The translations under genes and the position numbers were made by a program. 64,000 nt of DNA, from NCBI GenBank assembly GCA_965242725.1, contig CBDESZ010000017.1:1-64000 (forward strand), given 5' to 3'. Shown here piece by piece: positions 49,985 to 58,931 of the stretch (the stretch's first letter is position 1; each line of letters starts with the position of its first letter). The stretch comes from Alkalispirochaeta sp. (GTDB lineage Bacteria > Spirochaetota > Spirochaetia > DSM-27196 > Alkalispirochaetaceae). Below the pieces are notes generated by a model, which searched no databases, was not told the origin of the DNA, and worked only from the letters and a program-made list of their open reading frames with translations.

Positions 49985-51196
49985 ATGGAACTTCGAGTCC
50001 TGGTGGTCGACGATTCGGCCCTCATGCGTAATTTGATCAGTAAAATCGTTGAAAGTGCCCCCGACATGACGGTCGTCGGAACGGCGATGAACGGATCGTT
50101 TGCCCTCGACAAGATACCGCGGTTGAACCCCGATGCAATTGTCCTCGATCTGGAAATGCCGGAAATGAACGGCATCGAATTTCTCAAGGCACGGGCGGAG
50201 AAAAAGATCGACATTCCCGTAATCATCCTCTCCTCGATCGCACAGAAGGGAGCCCGGGTCACCATGGAAGCCCTGGACCTGGGGGCCAGCGACTTTATCA
50301 CCAAACCGTCAGGTTCGGTTTCCCACGATATTCACGTGGTGGGGGATCAGCTCATCGCCATGATACGCGGTTTCGGCGGTACCTACCGGCGACGCAAGGG
50401 AGAGTCCTCGCCGCCGGCGCCGCAGGATTACGCAATCCGGACACCCCGCCATCCGCAGGAGGGCGGAATCAGGACGGAAGACCGGGACGGGGAACGACCG
50501 GATTCGGCGTCGCCGGAGGCCGCTCAGCGCCCGGGGACCGCCACGCAGCAGGATCGTCCGTCGACAACGACGCCGTCGGCACCAAAACGCTCTCCCCGGT
50601 CAAAACCGGGTACGCTGGAACTGATCGTGCTTGGAATCTCCACCGGCGGTCCAAATGCGCTGCGCAAGCTCTTTGGCCAGGTTTCCGGAGATATCGGAGT
50701 ACCTATCGTGGTGGTCCAGCATATGCCTGCGGGATTTACATCGGAGTTTGCCCAGAGTCTCAACCGCGTCTCCCCCCTTGAGGTCAAGGAGGCGGCTGAA
50801 GGGGATCTCCTGAAGCCCGGAAGGGTTCTTATCGCGCCGGGGAATTACCACATCGAGGTGGAGCGGAAGAAACTGGCGGGGATCGTTCATCTGAACCAGC
50901 AACCCGTCTGCAACGGTCACCGCCCCTCGGCGGGAATCCTTTTTCAGTCTGCGGCCCGCGCATACGGGAACAACGTTATGGCCGTCATCATGACCGGTAT
51001 GGGCAGGGACGGCGCCTATGAAATCGGCGATATCTATGAAGCCGGAGGCATGACCATCGGCCAGGACGAGCAATCGAGCGTCGTCTACGGCATGCCGAGG
51101 GTGGCATATGAAAACGGCTATCTGCATCGGCAGGTATCCCTTGACGATATGGCCGGCGTCATGGACGAGATCGCCGCATCACTGAGGAGCTCCTGA
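49985..51196 (+). CDS. cheB: Chemotaxis methylesterase with a long disordered linker
   Basis: REC (VVDDS, LDLEMP); GISTGGP, VQHMP, HRPS, MTGMGRDG, VYGMP. Confidence 0.95.
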   Translation: MELRVLVVDDSALMRNLISKIVESAPDMTVVGTAMNGSFALDKIPRLNPDAIVLDLEMPEMNGIEFLKARAEKKIDIPVIILSSIAQKGARVTMEALDLGASDFITKPSGSVSHDIHVVGDQLIAMIRGFGGTYRRRKGESSPPAPQDYAIRTPRHPQEGGIRTEDRDGERPDSASPEAAQRPGTATQQDRPSTTTPSAPKRSPRSKPGTLELIVLGISTGGPNALRKLFGQVSGDIGVPIVVVQHMPAGFTSEFAQSLNRVSPLEVKEAAEGDLLKPGRVLIAPGNYHIEVERKKLAGIVHLNQQPVCNGHRPSAGILFQSAARAYGNNVMAVIMTGMGRDGAYEIGDIYEAGGMTIGQDEQSSVVYGMPRVAYENGYLHRQVSLDDMAGVMDEIAASLRSS

Positions 51197-51201
51197 CGGC
51201 G

Positions 51202-51945
51202 ATGCAGGGGACGCTCGGACTCGGAACGACCCTTGAGATCCTCGATCTGGGATCACTCCCCTACCGGGATGCCCTGTCCCTCCAGCATCGACTTGTTTCG
51301 CTGCGGCAGCGCGGCGCGATAGGCGACACGCTTCTCCTGCTTGAGCATCCGCCGGTGATTACCCAGGGTAAAAGCGCGGAACCCGGCGATATCGTGGCAC
51401 CGCCGTCGGTGCTGAATGAACACGCCGTCGATCTGGTGACGATAGAACGGGGCGGTGAAACAACATACCACGGTCCCGGTCAGTTGATCGGATACCCGAT
51501 CATCGATTTGCGCAGTCACCTGCGGAGCCTGAAGAAGTATATTTACCTCCTTGAAGAGGTAACGGTTACCTATCTCCGTCGCTATCACGATATTTCAGCC
51601 GATCGCGACGACGCACACCGGGGCGTATGGGTACGTAACGAAAAAATCACCGCCGTGGGTGTTGCCGTGCAGAAACGTGTCACCTTTCACGGTTTCGCCT
51701 TTAACGTGAATACCGACCTTTCCCACTTTGACTGGATCATTCCCTGTGGTATCACCGATCGCGGACAGACATCACTGTCGCGTCTGACGGGAACGAGTAT
51801 TCCCATGGAAGAGGTGAAAGTGCATATCGGCGAAATTTTCTGCGAGCTCTTTGGTTACCGGTACGACGGCATGAAATACGTTGCGCCGGACGCATACGGC
51901 GATCTCCTCGGAGATGCCCTCAAAGATGGAGAGACAGCTCCGTAA
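51202..51945 (+). CDS. lipB: Lipoyl(octanoyl) transferase
   Basis: LLEHPPVITQG, RGGETTYHGPGQ, KITAVG, HGFAFN, IPCG. Confidence 0.94.
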   Translation: MQGTLGLGTTLEILDLGSLPYRDALSLQHRLVSLRQRGAIGDTLLLLEHPPVITQGKSAEPGDIVAPPSVLNEHAVDLVTIERGGETTYHGPGQLIGYPIIDLRSHLRSLKKYIYLLEEVTVTYLRRYHDISADRDDAHRGVWVRNEKITAVGVAVQKRVTFHGFAFNVNTDLSHFDWIIPCGITDRGQTSLSRLTGTSIPMEEVKVHIGEIFCELFGYRYDGMKYVAPDAYGDLLGDALKDGETAP

Positions 51946-52360
51946 AGCTCCCCTCCGGCGGGGATGAAAGACGCTGAACGACGAAGGGCCTGTCCTCCCG
52001 CCGGGCACCGCGGATGAGGGCGTACAGTACCGGTGCGGCCGCCGCCGCAGCGGAAATGCCGCCTGCGATCGCCGGCGAAGAGACGATTGCCGTGGCGACA
52101 AGGTATCCCCCTGCGGCGGCGGCGGCGGGGAGGATGAAGAGCTGCCCTATTCCGCGATAGACGGCGTCCCGAGGTGTGCCGAGTCGCACAATCTCCCCCG
52201 GTGTAACTGTCATTTCCGCGGGTATATTCACCCACATTTGCCGGTGTCTGCGAGTACAGTGCCCCGGTTCGTCGCAACGGCCGCATGAGGCGGGATAGAC
52301 GGCGACATGCGCTTCACGATCCTGCAGGTTTACTTCCAGGACACGGGCAAATCCGTTCAC
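51920..52360 (-). CDS. RseC/MucC-like membrane protein with Cys motif
   Basis: Probable GTG start at 52360 overlapping the upstream stop; SCGRC....C, PGEIV, two C-terminal TMs. Confidence 0.6.
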   Translation of the reverse strand: MNGFARVLEVNLQDREAHVAVYPASCGRCDEPGHCTRRHRQMWVNIPAEMTVTPGEIVRLGTPRDAVYRGIGQLFILPAAAAAGGYLVATAIVSSPAIAGGISAAAAAAPVLYALIRGARREDRPFVVQRLSSPPEGSFTELSLHL

Positions 52361-53289
52361 CCTTCCCTTCCCTTTTCCGGCGAAGGACACCCTTCGCGAA
52401 CCGGTTCAAAGGCGGTTACATAGCCCCCCGCGGGATCCACATCAAGCAGAACTCCCTGCAGCTCCAGGGCGTCCCATCCTTCCTCGGACTTCACCGGTAT
52501 TTTGGTGAGATATTTTTTTATTTCCGGCCCCGGTGACATTCCGCCGACGCTGTTCTGGCTGCCCGTCCGACCGGCATCGCATATGACCGCCGTGCCGGAG
52601 CTCATGACGTGCGCGTCCGCGGTCTGAACACGCTGACCACTGCCTACCACCGCAGTGACCTTTCCGTTGAGGTAATGGAACATTGTGTATTTTTCGGCGG
52701 TCGTCATTGCGTGAAAGTCGACTATCACGACGACGCTGTCTTTCTGGATACGCTCCAGAACGTTTGCAAGATAGGTGAAGGGATTGCCACCGTGAATACG
52801 GGTAAAACCGGACTGTCCGATAAGGTTGACGACGGCGACTTTGACCCTGGGGAGGGACTGTGATGTTTCATCACCGCCGGCCTGCCGCTGTTCCCCGCCG
52901 TCGGGGGCGTCCACGGATTTGCCGTCGTCATCGGCGGGCGACGCGTTGTCGATCTGAGACCACTCAGACGGGTTGACGGTGAAATGCCGCCACCCCCTTC
53001 CCGGCATTTCCGGGGGTAAATTGGCCGGCCTGAGAATGTAGGGTGCCTTGTCGATGTGGTCGGCGATGTCCTTCTTGAAGAAGGTCTGATCACCACCGGT
53101 TATGACGTCTACACCCAGTTTCCGCAGATAGACGCTATGATTCTTTCCGATGCCGAATCCTCCGGTGGCGCCGTCGCCGTTGGCGACGACAAAATCGATA
53201 TTCAGCTCCTTCCGGAGTCGGGCGAGGTGTGTTTTCACACAGTAGATTCCGGGTTTCCCCACGATTTCGGCGATGTACAAAATACGCAT
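52357..53289 (-). CDS. YmdB-like metallophosphoesterase
   Basis: IAEIVGKPG, VANGD, TGGD, LRPANLP, VDFHA..TAEK, VQTAD, CDAGRTG. Confidence 0.85.
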   Translation of the reverse strand: MRILYIAEIVGKPGIYCVKTHLARLRKELNIDFVVANGDGATGGFGIGKNHSVYLRKLGVDVITGGDQTFFKKDIADHIDKAPYILRPANLPPEMPGRGWRHFTVNPSEWSQIDNASPADDDGKSVDAPDGGEQRQAGGDETSQSLPRVKVAVVNLIGQSGFTRIHGGNPFTYLANVLERIQKDSVVVIVDFHAMTTAEKYTMFHYLNGKVTAVVGSGQRVQTADAHVMSSGTAVICDAGRTGSQNSVGGMSPGPEIKKYLTKIPVKSEEGWDALELQGVLLDVDPAGGYVTAFEPVREGCPSPEKGREG

Positions 53290-53360
53290 GTGTTTTCATC
53301 GTACCCGCCTTACCGGTGAGCGTCCAGACGGCGCGCGGTGACGTCATACCGGTAAAAAAG

Positions 53361-53465
53361 TGTTATATTCTCAGGTGAGACGCCGAAGTGCTCTCAGCCG
53401 TCGATCCAATGATGACGGTTTCGCGCTGCCTCCGGGAGCGCACATATCACATGAGGAGGTGCACG
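53361..53465 (+). promoter_or_regulatory. Extended -10 promoter and structured 5' UTR of the Hsp20 gene
   Basis: TG-T-TATATT at 53361-53369; three hairpins and an anti-SD GCCTCC (53428-53433). Confidence 0.45.
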
Positions 53466-53960
53466 ATGCACAACCGCGATTACGTCGATCTGGGAACACT
53501 CCTGGATCAGATCTTCCAGGCAACGGAAGAGTTCACCCACACGTTCGGCAACTTCGCCTTCAACCAGAAAGAGCGGGGTGAGCACCGCAATTACTACTCG
53601 GTCTATCCCTTTCCCCCGGCAAACATTTACATGCTCCAGGACAAGACAATGGTCTTCGAGTTTGCCCTTGCGGGGTACAGGGACAACGATATCTCCCTCG
53701 AGTTTCAGGGCGATTATATGGTTCTCTCCGCCCACGCGCCGGATGCCGCCCCGGACTCGGACGAAGTGATTTTTTTCAATCGCCGGCTCAAGTACACGGA
53801 GATTCCCGACCAGCGGTACTACGTTCCGGAAGACAAGTTTGACCGGGAAACCGCAAAGGCGGTCTACAGGAACGGCATCCTGAAGGTAACGATTCCACCG
53901 AGAGAAGAGGTCCGGAATCACGAGGGCGTGAAAATAACGATTATCAACGAAGACGAATAA
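53466..53960 (+). CDS. Small heat shock protein (Hsp20/alpha-crystallin family)
   Basis: Start after GAGGAGG; PPANIY, FALAGY, AVYRNGILKVTIP, C-terminal I-x-I. Confidence 0.88.
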   Translation: MHNRDYVDLGTLLDQIFQATEEFTHTFGNFAFNQKERGEHRNYYSVYPFPPANIYMLQDKTMVFEFALAGYRDNDISLEFQGDYMVLSAHAPDAAPDSDEVIFFNRRLKYTEIPDQRYYVPEDKFDRETAKAVYRNGILKVTIPPREEVRNHEGVKITIINEDE

Positions 53961-53969
53961 AACAACCCC

Positions 53970-54671
53970 TCATCCCTGCAGCTCGTCTCCAACGATACCG
54001 AGATCACAGGAGTCCGGCGGAACAAAGACGATGGGCACGAGGATACGCCAGAGGTTGCTTCGCGCCCATCCGCTGCGTTTCCGCCACTCCCGAAACTGAT
54101 CGTTGCTCCCGATCCACCCGCCTCGTTCCCGGGCAACCTCTATGATCGTCGGGTCGGCGGGGGTACCGGCCGGGGCGTACCGGAACTCCTCGACTCGATC
54201 CGAGAGGAAAGCGATATTCCCGGGATCGGCGACGACGTATTGCAGATTTGCATCGGCAACGGCGACTATCTCGGCAACGTGGTGGCGCCGCAGACAGTGA
54301 ATAATGTGTAATAGAGGTTCCACCTTCGGCCCTGACGCGTTGAAGGACCACACGAGATTGCTCACATCCAGGACGGCGGTCCCCTTCTCTTCGGGACGGA
54401 GACGACGCATGTATACATTGCCGTCGCTTCCGCGGATGAGTCGCGCCGCCGTCGTCGAAGAGCGCAGGAGCTGATCAAGCGCCTCCGTCCCGCCGGACAG
54501 CAGGGCGTGCACCTGTCGCACCGCTTCGATTGAGGTATTCCATCTGCGTCTGGAAAAGAGTAACCGTAACGTCTCCACCGAGACCCGCTGCCCGGGGTGA
54601 TAGGCGGTCAGCAGTTCCGCCGCCAGTTCGTCCGCGGACGCTCCCGCCGGCAGGTCTCCCCGTTTACCCAT
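53970..54671 (-). CDS. NYN/PIN-fold (Zc3h12a-like) ribonuclease domain protein
   Basis: VLDVSNL, VADANL, PAGTPADPTII, IGSNDQFREW acidic motif set. Confidence 0.75.
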   Translation of the reverse strand: MGKRGDLPAGASADELAAELLTAYHPGQRVSVETLRLLFSRRRWNTSIEAVRQVHALLSGGTEALDQLLRSSTTAARLIRGSDGNVYMRRLRPEEKGTAVLDVSNLVWSFNASGPKVEPLLHIIHCLRRHHVAEIVAVADANLQYVVADPGNIAFLSDRVEEFRYAPAGTPADPTIIEVARERGGWIGSNDQFREWRKRSGWARSNLWRILVPIVFVPPDSCDLGIVGDELQG

Positions 54672-54680
54672 CGCCTGCAG

Positions 54681-56183
54681 TCACTGAATCGGGGCGGCCA
54701 GATAGGCAAGTCGTGAGAAAATCCGCAGGGTGATCGGCATCTTGCGCATTTCGTCCACCGTCATGAGCCGGGAATGACCGAAATCCCGTTCCAGCATCTC
54801 CTCCACCTGCTCGGCAAATCGCCTTCCTACGACGATGGAGGTAATTTCAAAGTTCAACCGGAATGACCGGTTATCAAGGTTGACGGTACCGACGGTACCC
54901 ACGGTGTCGTCTATGAGCATCACCTTTTGATGGAGAAAACCGGGCAGATAGCGGTATATCCTTACCCCCGCTTCAAGCATGTGTCCGACGAAGGCGAACG
55001 CCGAGAGATAGACGAGCAGGTGATCCGGTCTGTCGGGAATGAGAATCCGTACATCCACGCCGCGCAGGACGGCCAGTTTCAACGCGTCCTGAACCCCTTC
55101 GTCGGGAACGAAATAGGGACTGGCGATCCACAGCCGGTTTCCGGCGGAGTGAATCGCATGCTGTATGAGGAGACTTGCCGTGGATGAGTCGTCTGCGGGA
55201 CCCGAGGGAAGGACGAGGGCGGTAACGTTGGATACTGCGGGGAAATGCCTTGTATACGGGGAAGCCCCTTCCGCACCGTAGTCGGAGGGCGGCTGGAACA
55301 CGTCCCGATCCCGCAGAGATTCGTCGGTGACACAACTCTGCCAGTCGAGATCGAGATACTCCTCGGTCGCCCAATGCCAGTCCTCTACAAAGGTCAGCTG
55401 GAGCCCCATCACCGCCGGTCCCGTCAGGTGCAGGTGGGTATCCCGCCACGGGCCGAAACGCTCGCTCCGTCCGAGATACTCATCGCCCACATTGAGTCCC
55501 CCGAGGAATCCCTCCACTCCGTCCACGACGAGTGTTTTCCGGTGGTTGCGAAAATTCAATTGAAAGCGATTTTTTGCGCCTCTGGTCGATGAAAAGGGCT
55601 GGATACGGACGCCGTGGTTCCGCAGGAAGTGCACGTATCTTCGCCCTATCTGGTAGCTGCCGATCTCGTCGAAGAGGAAATAGACCTCTACTCCCCGGCG
55701 GACCGTTTCGATCAGGAGTTCCTGTAATTCACCGCCAATCTGATCATCCCGGACGATGTAAAACTGAATAAGGCAGTACCGTCGGGCTCGCCGAATCGCG
55801 GCAAACATGGATTTGAAGGCATCCGTCCCGTCGCTTAACAGCTGTACGCCATTTCCCCGGGTAAAGGGAAGACGGGCGATACGTTCCAGGGCAAGCGCGC
55901 GTCCCGTATCATCGTCATCCCTGGCGTGACGCGTTTCCAGGCGGCTTCGGAGATCACTGAGGCGGGTCCTCAGTCTGCCGTCCACCTCCTTGCGGGACTG
56001 GACATATCCATTAAACCGGGTGCGCCCGAATATCCAGTACGCCGGTACGGCGAGGTAAGGGAAGGTGTTGAGTGAGACGATCCACGCGATGGCACCCTGG
56101 GCGGTACGGGTAGTCAACAGCGCCGACACCGACGTCAGGACGCCGAGAATCTGTGCGACGGTGATAATTACCGCTAGTACCAT
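54681..56183 (-). CDS. cls: Cardiolipin synthase
   Basis: Start re-called at 56183; two N-terminal TMs; two HKD motifs (NHRKTLVVDG, HQKVMLIDD); SPYFVPD, NLDNRSF. Confidence 0.93.
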   Translation of the reverse strand: MVLAVIITVAQILGVLTSVSALLTTRTAQGAIAWIVSLNTFPYLAVPAYWIFGRTRFNGYVQSRKEVDGRLRTRLSDLRSRLETRHARDDDDTGRALALERIARLPFTRGNGVQLLSDGTDAFKSMFAAIRRARRYCLIQFYIVRDDQIGGELQELLIETVRRGVEVYFLFDEIGSYQIGRRYVHFLRNHGVRIQPFSSTRGAKNRFQLNFRNHRKTLVVDGVEGFLGGLNVGDEYLGRSERFGPWRDTHLHLTGPAVMGLQLTFVEDWHWATEEYLDLDWQSCVTDESLRDRDVFQPPSDYGAEGASPYTRHFPAVSNVTALVLPSGPADDSSTASLLIQHAIHSAGNRLWIASPYFVPDEGVQDALKLAVLRGVDVRILIPDRPDHLLVYLSAFAFVGHMLEAGVRIYRYLPGFLHQKVMLIDDTVGTVGTVNLDNRSFRLNFEITSIVVGRRFAEQVEEMLERDFGHSRLMTVDEMRKMPITLRIFSRLAYLAAPIQ

Positions 56184-56290
56184 TGGGGTATGGTGAATGG
56201 GGAAGACCCGTTGGTCAACCGCCCCGAGACGGCCGAGACGTTGCGACGGCGTTGTTTTCCCCACGCAATTGGGATACTATCACAGCCACT

Positions 56291-56995
56291 ATGATAGATT
56301 CGTCTCCAAACGTCCTTCCTCAAGGAAAGGCGTATACATATCTTTCCGCGTTATTTGTCGGCTCCATCGTCGCCGCCAACCTGATGGGAACGAAAGTCAT
56401 CCCCTTTTTCACGATCGGTGGATTCGAATTTACCGGATCGGTGGGTATTTTTCTCTTCCCCCTTTCATTTCTGGTAACAGATATCATGGCGGAAATCTGG
56501 GGAGGGAAATCGATTCGCTCCCTCATCGGGGCGACGGTGGTGATTCTCCTCCTCATTATGGCCGTCACTGCGCTTGCAACGATCATCCCCCCTGCCGATC
56601 GGTTTGCGGCCAACAATGACGCCTACCTCACCATTTTCCGGAGCTCCCTCCGTATTACAGCGGCGAGTGTCGTTGCCTTCGCCCTCTCCCAGACCCACGA
56701 TGTCTGGGCGTTCGAGCTGTGGAAGCGAGTCACCCGGGGAAGACTCCTGTGGCTGCGAAACAACGCGTCCACGATGGTCAGCCAGCTCATCGATACGGTG
56801 GTGTTCATGCTTATTGCATTCTGGATGGTGGGCGAACGCTTTACCCTCGGCTACGTTCTGGGAAGCATGGTCCCTCCCTACTACTTTCTGAAGGTCATCA
56901 TGGCGCTTCTTGATACACCCTTTGTCTATCTTGGTGTACGAATCCTGCGGGGTGAGGCTCGGGGTAAAGTGACCGCAGTCAAGGCGGCGTCATAA
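56291..56995 (+). CDS. Queuosine precursor transporter (YhhQ/Vut_1 family)
   Basis: FPLSFLVTDIMAE, AS..AF..SQTHDV, LWLRNNASTMVSQLIDT, DTPFVY. Confidence 0.88.
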   Translation: MIDSSPNVLPQGKAYTYLSALFVGSIVAANLMGTKVIPFFTIGGFEFTGSVGIFLFPLSFLVTDIMAEIWGGKSIRSLIGATVVILLLIMAVTALATIIPPADRFAANNDAYLTIFRSSLRITAASVVAFALSQTHDVWAFELWKRVTRGRLLWLRNNASTMVSQLIDTVVFMLIAFWMVGERFTLGYVLGSMVPPYYFLKVIMALLDTPFVYLGVRILRGEARGKVTAVKAAS

Positions 56996-57047
56996 CGGAG
57001 CGTTCGATTGCCGTGACCGATAGAACGTACGCGAAGGGTATTGTCGC

Positions 57048-58904
57048 GTGAAAAGAAATGCACTTCCCGCCAGATGGAAATCCCGTCGCTTTCTGATCGG
57101 CGCCGTGGCGATACTGTTTGGAAGTGCATTTTATATCGCCATACTCTTCTCCCTGCCGCCGTCGATGAAGGGCGGGGACGTTGCCGTTCAGGATGGCGTC
57201 GTCAACCTGTCGGCGGAGACCCGGAATTCCGTCATTTCCCTTACGGGCACGTGGGAGGCGGTAATCGGCAGACACGTTCTTCCCGCATCTCTTTCATTTA
57301 TTGAACAGCGCTACATTTCCGTCCCGGGATCCATAAAAGGCGTCGAGAAGATGACATACCGGGTGACCGTCCAGGGGTTGAATCCGGAGGAGCGGTACGC
57401 CCTCTATGTGACGGGCGTCGCAGCCTCGGCGCAGATCTATGCCAACGGCGTATTCATAGGCACCTTCGGCAGACCGACCGAAGGAGGAGACGCGGAAGCG
57501 GGGTTTGTACCCACCCTCTACCCAAACCTGCCAAGGAGCGGGAAGCTTGAACTGGCGTTCCTCGTGACCAACAACCTCCATGAGCGGGGGGGACTCTGGA
57601 GTGAGGTATACTTCGGCCCCCAGCGGGTACTTATCCGCTATCGGGACCGCCTCAACCTCGTGGAAACACTGCTCATCGGTGCTCTTGTGACGGTGGCAAT
57701 ATACCACTTGATTCTCGCCTCGATTCACACCGGAGAAGGATCGACTCTGATATTCGCCGTATTCACCCTCCTCGCGGCGGTCGTCGCGGCAGTGGCGGGA
57801 CAGCGCGTTTTCCTTCGCCTTCTCCAGCCTCCGCGGGAGTTGCCGTGGATCCGCCTCGCCTACACCGCCGTCTCTCTTGCCGTGCCGACATTGGTGGCGT
57901 ACTCGGAACGGCTCTTTCCGCCGCCCCGGAGAAGGAAATTCGTCCCGATTCTCACATCCGCGGCCGCCGTTCACGTCGCCGTGGTGTGGTTGGTACCGTA
58001 TGCACTGTTTCAGCAGATCCGTGTCGTATGGTATATGATCATTTTCCTCGTCTCCATTTATTTACTGTATCTGACCATCTCCGCGGTGAAGCGGCGAGAA
58101 TGCGGCGCCGCCGTCTCCCTTGTCGGTTTTCTCATTTTTATCGCGTTTACCGGCAACGACATCCTCTTCGACATGAGAATCATTCACACCGGATATGTGA
58201 TGTCCCTCGGTCTGTTTGCCTTCATCCTCTCCCAGGCGACGGTGATCGCCCTGCGATATGACGTGATGTTTCAGGAGCTCTCGGAATTTCGGGTACGTCT
58301 TGAAGAAACGGTGGCGCAACGGACGGAGCAGCTCCAGGAAGAGCGAAATCGCCTGCGCTTTCTTGCGCTCAACGATGAACTCACCGGTCTGATCAATCGG
58401 CGGTACGGTACGGAGCTTTTAACCAATGAGGTCAGGCGATTTCTCCGCTACTCCACATCTCTCTCGGTGGTCCTCGTTGATATCGACTACTTCAAGGAGA
58501 TAAACGACAATCGGGGCCATCAGGTGGGCGACGACACACTGCAGGGATTTGCCCAGTTTCTGAAAACGACCACCCGCTCGACGGATATCGTCTGCAGGTG
58601 GGGAGGAGAAGAGTTCCTGCTCATACTGCCTAACACCGACGAGTCGGAAGCACAAAACCTTGCATACAAGCTTCAGGAGACGCTTGCGGCAACGCCTCTC
58701 GAAACGCGGGAGGGGTCGACATTACTCACCTTCAGCGCCGGTGTCACCGGTCTGAGCGAGTCCGACCAGGACGGAGCGGCCGACGCCCATACCGATGCGA
58801 TCCTGGACGCCCTGCTGCGGTCCGCCGATATTGCGCTGTATACGGCAAAGCGGGACGGACGAAACCTCGTGCGCGGCGAGTCCTTTCATCTCGGGCGAGG
58901 GTAA
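57048..58904 (+). CDS. Diguanylate cyclase with extracellular domain and 7TM-DISM-like membrane region
   Basis: N-terminal TM, SLTGTW..VPGS..GGLW extracellular domain, ~7 TMs, DELTGL, DIDYFK.IND, RSTD I-site, GGEEF. Confidence 0.88.
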   Translation: MKRNALPARWKSRRFLIGAVAILFGSAFYIAILFSLPPSMKGGDVAVQDGVVNLSAETRNSVISLTGTWEAVIGRHVLPASLSFIEQRYISVPGSIKGVEKMTYRVTVQGLNPEERYALYVTGVAASAQIYANGVFIGTFGRPTEGGDAEAGFVPTLYPNLPRSGKLELAFLVTNNLHERGGLWSEVYFGPQRVLIRYRDRLNLVETLLIGALVTVAIYHLILASIHTGEGSTLIFAVFTLLAAVVAAVAGQRVFLRLLQPPRELPWIRLAYTAVSLAVPTLVAYSERLFPPPRRRKFVPILTSAAAVHVAVVWLVPYALFQQIRVVWYMIIFLVSIYLLYLTISAVKRRECGAAVSLVGFLIFIAFTGNDILFDMRIIHTGYVMSLGLFAFILSQATVIALRYDVMFQELSEFRVRLEETVAQRTEQLQEERNRLRFLALNDELTGLINRRYGTELLTNEVRRFLRYSTSLSVVLVDIDYFKEINDNRGHQVGDDTLQGFAQFLKTTTRSTDIVCRWGGEEFLLILPNTDESEAQNLAYKLQETLAATPLETREGSTLLTFSAGVTGLSESDQDGAADAHTDAILDALLRSADIALYTAKRDGRNLVRGESFHLGRG

Positions 58905-58931
58905 CATCGCGGGAGGGTCACGGTTCCACCG

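Noticed and set aside
56190..56290. preQ1 riboswitch upstream of the YhhQ-like transporter
   Set aside because: No preQ1 hairpin with A-rich tail seen, and a -10 box lies only 10 nt before the ATG.
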